Notes under the pieces: model-generated | Told to the model about the DNA's origin: nothing | Seen by the model: the letters and a program-made list of their open reading frames with translations, nothing else | Databases searched by the model: none | Assembly (NCBI GenBank): GCA_902521485.1 | Contig: CABYRQ010000002.1 | Span: forward strand, 6,659 to 70,658 | DNA length: 64,000 bases | Direction of reading: 5' to 3' | Source: an uncultured Alphaproteobacteria bacterium | Lineage (GTDB): Bacteria; Pseudomonadota; Alphaproteobacteria; HIMB59 | Program-made: the position numbers and the translations under genes | Part shown: piece by piece, positions 18,236-27,542 of the stretch | Layout of the letters: each line of letters starts with the position of its first letter | Position numbering within the stretch: the stretch's first letter is position 1

Positions 18236-20657
18236 TCTTAATCATCTCTTTATCATAGATAGGATAAAGATGCACATTGCAGGGAACTTTTTTAGTAGCT
18301 ATCTCTAATTCGTAATTACCATTTTCTACAAAGTTTTGATCAATAACATCTTTACTTCTTATGTACCCATAACCAATAGATTTGCCTATGGTGTATCCGT
18401 AACCCCCACTTGATAACCAACCTACTTGTTTACCATCTCTAAATATAGTTTCTCTTCCTAAAAGTATTTGATTTGGATCATCACACGTAAAACCTGCAAA
18501 AATCTTTTTCAAACCTTTTGATTTTTGATTTAAAAGTGCTTTTTTTCCAATGAAATCTTTGTCAGAGTTAATTTTAGTTGCCCATCCTAATCCAGCCTCA
18601 AGAGGGGTATGGTCCGGCCCGATATCTGAACCCCAAGCTCTGTAGCCCTTTTCTAAACGACAACTCTCTATACATCGATATCCAGCATTAACTAGTCCAA
18701 ATTGATTTCCATATTCCATTATCTTTGAATAAATTTCTGAGGAAAAATCTATTGGGAAATGAAGCTCCCAACCTAACTCACCCATGTAGGTTATTCTAAT
18801 TGCATAAACATCTTTTGATGCAATTTTGATTTTTTTACATGTAGCAAATGGAAAATTATCATTTGATAAATCTGTATTTGTTAGCCCTTGAAGAATCTTT
18901 CTAGAATTTGGTCCCATTAATGAAAAAACTGAATTATCAAATGTTATATTTTTAACTTCTACTTCTAAATTATTTGGAATATTTGAAATTATCCAATCAT
19001 AGTCATGGGTCATAAAACCTGTTCCAGTTATAATATAAAAGGTATTTTTATCTATAACTGTTATTGTTAAATCACATTCAATTCCACCATCGTCATTCAA
19101 CATTTGGGTATAGATTGTCGAACCGATTGGTCTATCAATTTTATTTGCACATAAATACTCTAAAGCTTGTAGTGAGTCTTTACCTGATACAATAAACTTA
19201 GCGAAAGATGTTTGATCAATTAGAACAGCATCCTCTCTTGCGGCCTTTACTTCATTTCCAACAAATTCAAACCAATTTTGTCTGTCAAAGGAATAAATAT
19301 CCCTAGGCTCACTTCCTTTTGGTGCAAACCAATTAGGTCTCTCCCAACCCATTTTTTCACCAAAGCATGCATTTGAGTTTTTAAGTTTTTCATAAATTGG
19401 AGATTTTTTAAATTCTCTCACTGAGGAGTTTTCCTCAAAAGGCCATGCCATAGTGTAATGTTTAGCATAAGCCTCATAAGTTCTTTTTCTCACCCACTCC
19501 AAATCTTGATGGGGTTTTCCAAATCTTCTTATATCAACTGGCCATAAATCGTAAGGTGGTCTTCCATTAGCTACCCATTCTGCAAGTGCCATTCCCGCTC
19601 CACCTCCAGCAGCTATCCCATATGCGTTGAAACCTGCGCCAACATAAAAGTTTTTTAATTCAGGACTCTCTCCTAAAATAAAGTTTCCATCTGGAGTAAA
19701 ACTCTCAGGTCCATTTATTAATTCTTTGACCCCAGCAGTTTCAAGACTAGGGACTCTTCCAAGAGCATTATTCATTATTTGTTCAAAATGATCGTAATTT
19801 GAGTCTAAAAGTGAAAAATGAAAATCTTCTGGGACTGATTTTTCAGCCCATGATAAAGGGTTTGGTTCATACCCCCCCATTGCAAGGCCTCCAACTTCCT
19901 CTTTAAAATAAATTAACCTGTCAGGATCTCTTAAAGTAGGAAGGTCTGATTTAACACCCTCTATTTTTTCAGTAACCAAATATTGATGTTGAAAAGATAC
20001 TAAAGGGACATTAACTCCAACATCTTGTGCAAACTGTCTGGTCCACTGACCACAACAACAAACAATTTTTTCACACTTTACTTTACCTTTAGATGTTTCA
20101 ATACCTTCAATTACGCCATTATTTATAATTACCTTTGATACTCTAGTTTCCTCAAATATTTTTGCTCCTTTGTTTCTAGCTCCTTTAGCCAATGCTTGTG
20201 AAATATCTGTCGGATTTGCTTGTCCATCTGTAGGAAGGAAGGCTGCTCCATAAACATCATCTATATTCATGATTGGCCATAAATCTTGAGCCTCTTTTGG
20301 AGTAAGTAGCTCCATCTCCAAACCAAATGAATGAGCTGTAGTAGTTTGTCTTAAAACCTCCTGCCATCTCTCTTTATTACAAGCTAGTCTCAATCCACCA
20401 TTCATCTTCCATCCTGTTCCTAATCCTGTTTCTTTTTCAAGCTTGTCATACAGATCAACAGAATATCCTAATAATTGAGTAATATTTGCATTTGTTCTTA
20501 ATTGGCCAACTAGTCCAGCAGCATGCCATGTACTACCAGATGTTAATTTACCGCTTTCAATAAGTACAACTTCATGTCCTAAATCAGCTAAGTGATATGC
20601 AGTAGAGCAACCCACTATACCACCCCCAATTACTACAATTTTTGAACTATCTATCAT
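18225..20657 (-). CDS. FAD/THF-dependent N-methyl dehydrogenase (dimethylglycine/sarcosine dehydrogenase family)
   Basis: IGGGIVG, TSGSTWHAAGL, NGPESFTPDG, GWERPNWF, RITYMGELGWELH, RLEKGYRAWG. Confidence 0.9.
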   Translation of the reverse strand: MIDSSKIVVIGGGIVGCSTAYHLADLGHEVVLIESGKLTSGSTWHAAGLVGQLRTNANITQLLGYSVDLYDKLEKETGLGTGWKMNGGLRLACNKERWQEVLRQTTTAHSFGLEMELLTPKEAQDLWPIMNIDDVYGAAFLPTDGQANPTDISQALAKGARNKGAKIFEETRVSKVIINNGVIEGIETSKGKVKCEKIVCCCGQWTRQFAQDVGVNVPLVSFQHQYLVTEKIEGVKSDLPTLRDPDRLIYFKEEVGGLAMGGYEPNPLSWAEKSVPEDFHFSLLDSNYDHFEQIMNNALGRVPSLETAGVKELINGPESFTPDGNFILGESPELKNFYVGAGFNAYGIAAGGGAGMALAEWVANGRPPYDLWPVDIRRFGKPHQDLEWVRKRTYEAYAKHYTMAWPFEENSSVREFKKSPIYEKLKNSNACFGEKMGWERPNWFAPKGSEPRDIYSFDRQNWFEFVGNEVKAAREDAVLIDQTSFAKFIVSGKDSLQALEYLCANKIDRPIGSTIYTQMLNDDGGIECDLTITVIDKNTFYIITGTGFMTHDYDWIISNIPNNLEVEVKNITFDNSVFSLMGPNSRKILQGLTNTDLSNDNFPFATCKKIKIASKDVYAIRITYMGELGWELHFPIDFSSEIYSKIMEYGNQFGLVNAGYRCIESCRLEKGYRAWGSDIGPDHTPLEAGLGWATKINSDKDFIGKKALLNQKSKGLKKIFAGFTCDDPNQILLGRETIFRDGKQVGWLSSGGYGYTIGKSIGYGYIRSKDVIDQNFVENGNYELEIATKKVPCNVHLYPIYDKEMIKIKS

Positions 20658-21514
20658 TAAAGTTTATCAAATGACTCCTCAAATTTTTTGAGATTATCTG
20701 AAGTATACTCAGCATAATTAAATTCTATCTTAGAAGTGATCTCAGAGACCATACTCCACATTGTCTCTCTTAATAAACTAGCAGTTTTCATTGCGTTATA
20801 TTTAATTATTAAATCTTTTGATGGTTTTTCTTTAAAATACATTTCTAAAACTTCATTTTCTAGATTTTCATCTAAATCATTATTAGAAGATAAACCTCCT
20901 ATATCAAACAAAGGATCATTAAAACCACCATATTCCCAATCTACTACCCATATTTTAGAGCCATCATCAAGAAAATTTGCAGCCAATAAATCATTATGAC
21001 CAAATACAATTTCTCTTGGAGAGGAGAGTTTTTCTAACTTTTCTGCTTTTTTTAACAAACTTGGAATTAATGAAATGTGAGAGCTATTATTATTTAATAA
21101 GTAATTTGAGTAGTACTTTATGACATAAAAAACCCAGAAAATTTGAGGCTGACCTGATAACTTGTTAGGTATTTCATCATGAATTTTTCTTATGATCGGA
21201 ACAATTTTATTTAAATTTTCTCTTACAGTTTTTGGTTCAAGAGTTTTACTTTCAATGAATTCTAAGACCAATACTCCAGGTTCATTATAAATTAATTTTG
21301 GAGACACCCCTATTTGATAGGCTGCTTCACTAACAATAATTTCGTTTGATCGATAAACTAGATGTTCTGGTATATCTGAACCTAATCTAACAACTGATTT
21401 AGAACCAGAGTCTGATACTAAGAAATTAAGATTTGTAATTCCTCCCTCTAAAGGTTCAATATTTTCAAGATTTTTCCATATTGGAAGACTCTTGATTTTA
21501 TTTTCAAATTCCAT
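20657..21514 (-). CDS. Choline/ethanolamine-kinase-like phosphotransferase
   Basis: GGITNLN, HNDLLAANF Brenner motif, VDWEYGG; stop overlaps the next start (TAATG). Confidence 0.85.
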   Translation of the reverse strand: MEFENKIKSLPIWKNLENIEPLEGGITNLNFLVSDSGSKSVVRLGSDIPEHLVYRSNEIIVSEAAYQIGVSPKLIYNEPGVLVLEFIESKTLEPKTVRENLNKIVPIIRKIHDEIPNKLSGQPQIFWVFYVIKYYSNYLLNNNSSHISLIPSLLKKAEKLEKLSSPREIVFGHNDLLAANFLDDGSKIWVVDWEYGGFNDPLFDIGGLSSNNDLDENLENEVLEMYFKEKPSKDLIIKYNAMKTASLLRETMWSMVSEITSKIEFNYAEYTSDNLKKFEESFDKL

Positions 21515-21635
21515 TTGATTAAAACATACTGATCTTTGAATTATTTTCTACGGATAAAATCCAAAAACATTTGAAATTTTTTATAGAATTTTTTTTAAAA
21601 GCTATAATAATCTCCATATATATTTAGGAGGTAGT

Positions 21636-22673
21636 ATGGATCTAATACGTAGACTAAATGAAGGACCTATTTTGTGTGCAGAAGGCTATCTTTTTGCAAT
21701 GGAGAGAAGAGGATATTTGCAGGCAGGAACTTACGTTCCTGAGGTTGTTCTTGATAATCCTGAAGTAGTAACTCAACTTCATAGAGAGTTTATTAGAGCT
21801 GGTAGTGATGTTGTTCAAGCATTTACTTATTACGGTCACAGAGAAAAGTTGCGTTTGATTGGAAAGGAAGAATTATTAGAACCTCTTCAAAAAAATGCAT
21901 TAGAAATTGCAAAAAATGCTGCAGCTGAGTTTCCTCAGTTAGATTTAATGATAGCTGGTAATGTAGCTAATACTAATATTTATGACCCTGATGACAAACA
22001 ATCTCACATTGATTGTCAAAAAATGTTTGAAGAACAAATAGCTTGGGCAAAAGAAGCTAATGTTGATTTTGTTATTGCTGAAACAATTAATTGGACTGGA
22101 GAAGCTAAATTAGCATTAAAGGAAATTAAAAATGCAGGTTTAATTGCTGTCGTAAATCTTGCTATACCTAAAGGTGACAAAACAAGAGAAGGTCATAGTG
22201 CTGCAGAGGCCTGTAAAATTTTGGAAGACCATGGTGCTGATGTAGTTGGCCTTAATTGTTATCGTGGTCCTGAAATGACAATGAAACTGCTGCCAAGCAT
22301 TAGAGAAAAAGTCTCATGCCATGTGGCTGCATTACCTGTTCCATATAGAACAACTGAAGAATTCCCAACACACATGTATATAGAGGATCCAAATTGTAAT
22401 TGTTTAGATGGTAATGTTTCTCATATTGCTCTTGATGGATTAACATGTAACAGGTTTGAAATGGCTGAATTCACCAAACAATGTATGGACATCAATGTAA
22501 ATTTTATTGGTATTTGTTGCGGTGCCGACCCTCATCATGTAAGAGAAATGGCAGTTGCTATGGGTAGAAAACCAATTTCTTATAAATATTACCCTGATAT
22601 GAGCAAACATTTTTCTCATGGCACAGAAAGCAGTCTTAAGGACATTAACAAAACTAACGAATGGCTTAAATAA
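21636..22673 (+). CDS. bhmT: Betaine-homocysteine S-methyltransferase family
   Basis: HREFIRAGSDVVQAFTYY, GLNC and GICCG zinc ligands; AGGAGG RBS. Confidence 0.82.
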   Translation: MDLIRRLNEGPILCAEGYLFAMERRGYLQAGTYVPEVVLDNPEVVTQLHREFIRAGSDVVQAFTYYGHREKLRLIGKEELLEPLQKNALEIAKNAAAEFPQLDLMIAGNVANTNIYDPDDKQSHIDCQKMFEEQIAWAKEANVDFVIAETINWTGEAKLALKEIKNAGLIAVVNLAIPKGDKTREGHSAAEACKILEDHGADVVGLNCYRGPEMTMKLLPSIREKVSCHVAALPVPYRTTEEFPTHMYIEDPNCNCLDGNVSHIALDGLTCNRFEMAEFTKQCMDINVNFIGICCGADPHHVREMAVAMGRKPISYKYYPDMSKHFSHGTESSLKDINKTNEWLK

Positions 22674-22703
22674 TTAATAAGACTTATAAAAAATAAATTT
22701 TAG

Positions 22704-23435
22704 ATGAGTATATGGGGAAAACTTTTAGCTGGGACTTTTGGTTTTGCTCTTGGGGGGCCAATCGGAGCTATGTTAGGTGTAATAGCGGGTCACAGTGTTG
22801 ATCGTATTCGAAACCAAAAATCTGATTCTAATATAGCCTCTAATTCACCACAAGAAATTATAACGATAGGTATAATTATTTTAGCAGCTAAACTGGCTAA
22901 AGCAGATGGTCAAGTTACAACTGATGAAATAAGCGCCTTTAAAGAAAAATTTAAAATACCTCCTGATTTTCAAAGTGATGTTAGCAAAATATTTAATGAA
23001 GCTAAAAAAAGCTCTGATGACTATCATCAATATGCTCAACAAATAGGAATGCTATTTCGTGGACAGCCTCAAGTTTTGGAGCAAATTTTAAACTTACTTT
23101 TTTATATCGCAGAGGCTGATGGTGAAATCAGCGACTCAGAGATAGTATTTATTCAAAATTGTTCTGATTATTTTGGACTTAATAAAGCTCAATATGAAAG
23201 CATAAAAACTATTTGGATGGATAAACAAATTGATCCATACAAAATTTTAGGAGTTGAGAAAAGTTTTTCTGATGGTGAAATTAGAAAGAGATGGATACAG
23301 CTAAGTAAAGAGTTACACCCTGACCAATTAAGAGCACAGGGTGTTCCTCAAGAATTAATCATTAAATCTGAAGACAGACTATCCGAGATAAATCAAGCCT
23401 ACGATAAAATAAAAAGTATTCGCAAAATCAATTAA
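22704..23435 (+). CDS. djlA: DjlA-like co-chaperone (TerB + J domain)
   Basis: WGKLLAG...GGPIGAMLG anchor, [18 protein letters not shown]...LHPD. Confidence 0.88.
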   Translation: MSIWGKLLAGTFGFALGGPIGAMLGVIAGHSVDRIRNQKSDSNIASNSPQEIITIGIIILAAKLAKADGQVTTDEISAFKEKFKIPPDFQSDVSKIFNEAKKSSDDYHQYAQQIGMLFRGQPQVLEQILNLLFYIAEADGEISDSEIVFIQNCSDYFGLNKAQYESIKTIWMDKQIDPYKILGVEKSFSDGEIRKRWIQLSKELHPDQLRAQGVPQELIIKSEDRLSEINQAYDKIKSIRKIN

Positions 23436-23635
23436 ACTTTTTTTAACTGATCTGCTTTGGATTTGCCTTTGTCTTCAACAACTTCAAATTCGACTTTGTC
23501 GCCTTCATCGAGGCGGTCTAAACCTGCTTGTTGAACAGCTGTGATGTGGACAAAGATATCTTTATCTTCTCCATCAGGGGCAATAAACCCATATCCTTTT
23601 TTTGGGTTAAACCATTTCACTGTTCCTGTAGCCAT
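23432..23635 (-). CDS. cspA: Cold-shock protein
   Basis: [23 protein letters not shown]. Confidence 0.95.
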   Translation of the reverse strand: MATGTVKWFNPKKGYGFIAPDGEDKDIFVHITAVQQAGLDRLDEGDKVEFEVVEDKGKSKADQLKKV

Positions 23636-23779
23636 TTATAGTCCTTTCTTAATCTTAAGTAGTAAATATTTAGTGTATCCAAACATAGTTAAAAATTTTA
23701 TGAGATTTTTTTAATTAGTATTCAAATAGTAAGCCTAAATATTGGTAAACTTTTTATAGCAATTTTTCTAAATTTAAAG

Positions 23780-24571
23780 TTAAAAATGGTAAACCGGGCC
23801 GCTACCTTTACCAATTTTATACAAACTTCCTTTAATTATAGCTCTTTTTATGTAATTTCTTGATTTTTTGACAGAATTTAAAATATCTTCACCTAAAGCT
23901 AAATTCGAAGCAATTGCTGACGATAAAGTACACCCAGTTCCATGTGTGTTTTTACTGTTAATGATACTAGACTCAAAAAAGTGAATTTTTTTATTTTTTT
24001 TTATAAATAGACAGTCGAATATTTTTCCATTTTTAATTAAACCTTTGATCAGTATATCCTTAGCGCCAATTTTTTCTAAAATTTGAATTGCATTAATCAT
24101 ATCATCTTTACTATTAATCTTGGTATTTGTAAGAATTTCTGCCTCCTTCAAATTAGGAGTAATTATCATAGATTTTGTTATAAGGTTTTTAGTTAAACTT
24201 GATATAGCGCTTTTCTTTAAGAGTAAATAACCAGATGTTGAAACCATAACAGGGTCTAAAACAACTTTAGATATTTTATAGTTGTCAATAAATTTTGAAA
24301 TTTCTTGAATAATTTTTTTATCACTTAACATACCAATCTTTATTGAGTCTGGTTTAATATCACTACACGTCGTATTAAGTTGTTCTCTAATGAACTTTGG
24401 GGTTGTATTAAAAATACTTTTGACCTCTTGAGTATTTTGTGCAGTTAAAGCAGTAACTACAGACATCGCATAACATTTAAAGTATGTTATAGTTTTAATG
24501 TCAGCTTGGATACCTGCCCCTCCTGATGAGTCAGATCCTGCAATTGTTAATACAGTTTTATATCTTTTCAT
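23780..24571 (-). CDS. thiD: HMP/HMP-P kinase
   Basis: LTIAGSDSSGGAGIQADIKT, VLDPVM, THGTGCTLSSA. Confidence 0.95.
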   Translation of the reverse strand: MKRYKTVLTIAGSDSSGGAGIQADIKTITYFKCYAMSVVTALTAQNTQEVKSIFNTTPKFIREQLNTTCSDIKPDSIKIGMLSDKKIIQEISKFIDNYKISKVVLDPVMVSTSGYLLLKKSAISSLTKNLITKSMIITPNLKEAEILTNTKINSKDDMINAIQILEKIGAKDILIKGLIKNGKIFDCLFIKKNKKIHFFESSIINSKNTHGTGCTLSSAIASNLALGEDILNSVKKSRNYIKRAIIKGSLYKIGKGSGPVYHF

Positions 24572-25181
24572 AACTTGAAATAATTTTACTTACATCCATA
24601 CAATTCTTTTTAATATTACCTTTTAATAAAGAGGATATCATAGCAACACCATGGATTTTTAGTTTAAGTATACTATTTACATCACTAATATTGATTCCTC
24701 CTATTGCTATTAAAGGAATTTTTGTAGCTTTAGCACAAATTTTAAGCCCGCTTAAACCAAAATAATTTTTCATTTCTTTTTTTGTATTAGACGAGAAGGC
24801 TGAAACACCTATGTAGTCAACTCCCTTTAACTTTTTTACCTTTATGAATTCATTTTTATTACTTGCTGAAACTCCTATTATAGATTTTCTTCCCAATATT
24901 TTTCTAGCTTGATTATACGGTAAATCATCCATACCAACATGCGCACCATGAGCATTTATAGATTTTGCAATATCAACACGATCATTGACAATGAGAGTTT
25001 TTTTAAATTTAACACAATCTTTTTTTAAATCTTTTCCTAAGTTGTATAAATCAATTGTTTTTAAATTTTTAAACCTTAATTGAATACAATCGACCTTACT
25101 CTCAAATATTATTTTCAAATAACTATCTAACTTACTTAATGGTGTAAGTTTATCGTCAGTAACAAAACAAAATTTAAACAC
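24558..25181 (-). CDS. thiE: Thiamine-phosphate synthase
   Basis: IQLRFK, IVNDRVDIA, HVGMDD, IAIGGI; operon context. Confidence 0.9.
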   Translation of the reverse strand: MFKFCFVTDDKLTPLSKLDSYLKIIFESKVDCIQLRFKNLKTIDLYNLGKDLKKDCVKFKKTLIVNDRVDIAKSINAHGAHVGMDDLPYNQARKILGRKSIIGVSASNKNEFIKVKKLKGVDYIGVSAFSSNTKKEMKNYFGLSGLKICAKATKIPLIAIGGINISDVNSILKLKIHGVAMISSLLKGNIKKNCMDVSKIISSYEKI

Positions 25182-25971
25182 TAGTAATCTTTAAATTATC
25201 TAAAATTTCTTTTTCTGTAATATTATTTAATTTGTTCAAGAAATTTACTTGAAAATCTCCTGGCCCCTCTGATTTTGATGCTGCGAGTTCTCCTGCGATT
25301 GAAAAAATAGCCGCTGAGCTTATCGCAGATTTATATAAACTTTCACCTACAGCAGCAAATGCTCCTACTATGCACGATAAAGAGCAACCAATAGCTGTAA
25401 CCTTCGTCATAACACTCGATCCATTTGAAATTTTAGTGACATTATCTTCGTAGATAATAAAGTCATCACTACCGCTTATAAATACAACACAATTATTCTC
25501 GTTAGATAAAATTTTTCCAGACTCAATAACTGCGTGACTTTCAATTGATGAGTCAACTCCCTTTGAAGATATTTTATTTTGATCTACTAGTGATTGAATT
25601 TCAGATGCGTTTCCTCTAATAATTAAGTTTTTAGAGCTTTTAATAATGTCAAGAGAAGTTTGTGTTCTTAACTTACTCGCACCTGAACCCACAGGGTCTA
25701 ATATGATTGGTTTTTCTTGTTCAACATAATATTTAGAAGCCTCTAAAAAGCTAGGCCTCCAATTATCGTCTAACGTTCCAATATTATTAACAAGACAAGA
25801 CGATATAGTAGCTATTTCTTTAAGTTCATTTTTTGCATGAGACATCAAAGGAGATGCTCCGATAGAGAGAAGAATATTAGCGTTTATGTTCATTGCCACG
25901 TAATTTGTAATACAATGTACAAGCGCTCCTTTATCTCTTAAATTTTTTAAATCATTATAAATATGCTCCAT
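25174..25971 (-). CDS. thiM: Hydroxyethylthiazole kinase
   Basis: VHCITNYVAMN, ILDPVGSGAS, IRGNASEI, VTAIGCSLS. Confidence 0.94.
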   Translation of the reverse strand: MEHIYNDLKNLRDKGALVHCITNYVAMNINANILLSIGASPLMSHAKNELKEIATISSCLVNNIGTLDDNWRPSFLEASKYYVEQEKPIILDPVGSGASKLRTQTSLDIIKSSKNLIIRGNASEIQSLVDQNKISSKGVDSSIESHAVIESGKILSNENNCVVFISGSDDFIIYEDNVTKISNGSSVMTKVTAIGCSLSCIVGAFAAVGESLYKSAISSAAIFSIAGELAASKSEGPGDFQVNFLNKLNNITEKEILDNLKITSV

Positions 25972-27356
25972 TATATACCTTTCTTTTTCATCAAAAGTGT
26001 CAATATTGTTGAAAATAGAATTGGCACTAAAAATGATGAGAATAATTTATAGTTATTAATAAATGTGAAATTAATATTTAAAAAATCGCTCAATATATTT
26101 TTACTATAAGAGGGGTCGGGAAATATTAATACTCCCAGTAGTAAGCTCAAAAAAGAAATTATGTATATTTGTTTAGTAGTGATATTAAAACCAAATAATC
26201 CCAACAAAAAAGGTAAAACTAAACAACAACAAATTAAATCGGCAATTAAGAACACGTATAGGACATTGTAGCCTTGTGAAGATAATATGAAAACTGCCAC
26301 CAAAAAAACAATAATAAAGTATAAATTTGAAGAGGATTTTAAGGAGTAACTTGTGCTCAGGGAGACAATCTGAGAATTTATCGCATTTATTAATGTATCA
26401 ATACTACTCAATACAAGGGAAGTAGCTAATATTACAAAAATGTATTTTATAAATGAAGTCTCGAGTAAATCGAAAAGTTTCACAAATGTTAAATCAGGAT
26501 CATCCATTGCGTAAAGTGAGATTGAAACTAGTCCAGAGTATCCAATGAAATAAACAATTATAAATATAATAAAAGCAGATATAACTAAACCAATACTAAG
26601 TGTTTTATTATCTTTAGCAGCATAAATTCTTTGCCAATTACCATGGTGAAAAAGATTGGTAAATGTAACTGCTATTAAAAAAGTCAAACCTGTTATCCAT
26701 AGGAATTGATTATTAAAATCAAATAAATGTGCATTTTCGATCATAAATGAAGAGTTATTTGAAAAGTCTTGGAATGGAATTTTAAAAACTAAAAAAAAAC
26801 AAATTCCTATAATGAATATGAATTGAATTAAATCGGTGAATATTGTTGCCGACAATCCTCCAATTAGAACGTACGATAAAGCAATTAATATTATTATCAT
26901 TGAAGAAATCCAATAAGGTGTATCATTTAAAAAATTAAAGAACTTTGAGATAGCTGTAATTTCAGCTATTAAGAAAACTGTCATATAAACTAACGAAACT
27001 ATTATAACAAAGTGGGATAAGTTCTTGCCAAACCGATTTTCGATACAATCGTGAAAGCCTGTTGAGTTTGGAAAAACCTTTCTTACATATTTCCCTATAA
27101 AGATGAATAAAACTAAAGGCATCGCAGCTCCAAGTGCATAACCAATCACATTACCCATTCCACCCCAAGTAGCTGCTGCGGCAGGAGAAAATATTATCCA
27201 AAAACCCAATGCAGAAGATACAAAAGAAGATATTGAAAAAAATAAGTTATATTTATTTTTAATAACGAACTTATCATCTGATAATTCATTTTTTTTCAAA
27301 AAAAAGAATGACGCAGTAAAAATTAATCCAAAAATAATTAAAAAAAGAATTTCCAT
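25971..27356 (-). CDS. thiV: Sodium:solute symporter for a thiamine precursor (ThiV-like)
   Basis: SSS motifs GGLSATIFTDLIQ, WQRIYAAK, SSIDT; directly under a TPP riboswitch. Confidence 0.78.
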   Translation of the reverse strand: MEILFLIIFGLIFTASFFFLKKNELSDDKFVIKNKYNLFFSISSFVSSALGFWIIFSPAAAATWGGMGNVIGYALGAAMPLVLFIFIGKYVRKVFPNSTGFHDCIENRFGKNLSHFVIIVSLVYMTVFLIAEITAISKFFNFLNDTPYWISSMIIILIALSYVLIGGLSATIFTDLIQFIFIIGICFFLVFKIPFQDFSNNSSFMIENAHLFDFNNQFLWITGLTFLIAVTFTNLFHHGNWQRIYAAKDNKTLSIGLVISAFIIFIIVYFIGYSGLVSISLYAMDDPDLTFVKLFDLLETSFIKYIFVILATSLVLSSIDTLINAINSQIVSLSTSYSLKSSSNLYFIIVFLVAVFILSSQGYNVLYVFLIADLICCCLVLPFLLGLFGFNITTKQIYIISFLSLLLGVLIFPDPSYSKNILSDFLNINFTFINNYKLFSSFLVPILFSTILTLLMKKKGI

Positions 27357-27389
27357 CTAATTTGTTCTTGTTTTAAAAGTATTTAAGGG

Positions 27390-27471
27390 AAACTTCCTAC
27401 GCCAGAATTACCTGGATCAGGTTCGAGGGTTAAGTATTACCTTTCTCAGCCTTTCAGCACCCCTTAAGCTT
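27390..27471 (-). ncRNA. TPP riboswitch
   Basis: Minus strand AAGCTTAAGGGGTGCTGAAAGGCTGAGA...CCCTCGAACCTGATCCAGGTAATTCTGGCGTAGGAAGTTT, with the CTGAGA, ACCTGAT and GCGTAGG cores. Confidence 0.95.
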
Positions 27472-27542
27472 TAATATTATCAAACTAACTAAAATAAATC
27501 AATTATCTTTACTAAAAACAAATTTAATATTAAAAACATCAC

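Noticed and set aside
21515-21635. Possible SAM-II/SAM-V riboswitch upstream of bhmT (CATTTGAA present)
   Set aside because: Region is almost all A/T and no convincing P1 or pseudoknot could be built by eye; a covariance-model search would settle it
23636-23779. Possible structured cspA 5' leader
   Set aside because: No clear stable or conserved structure visible
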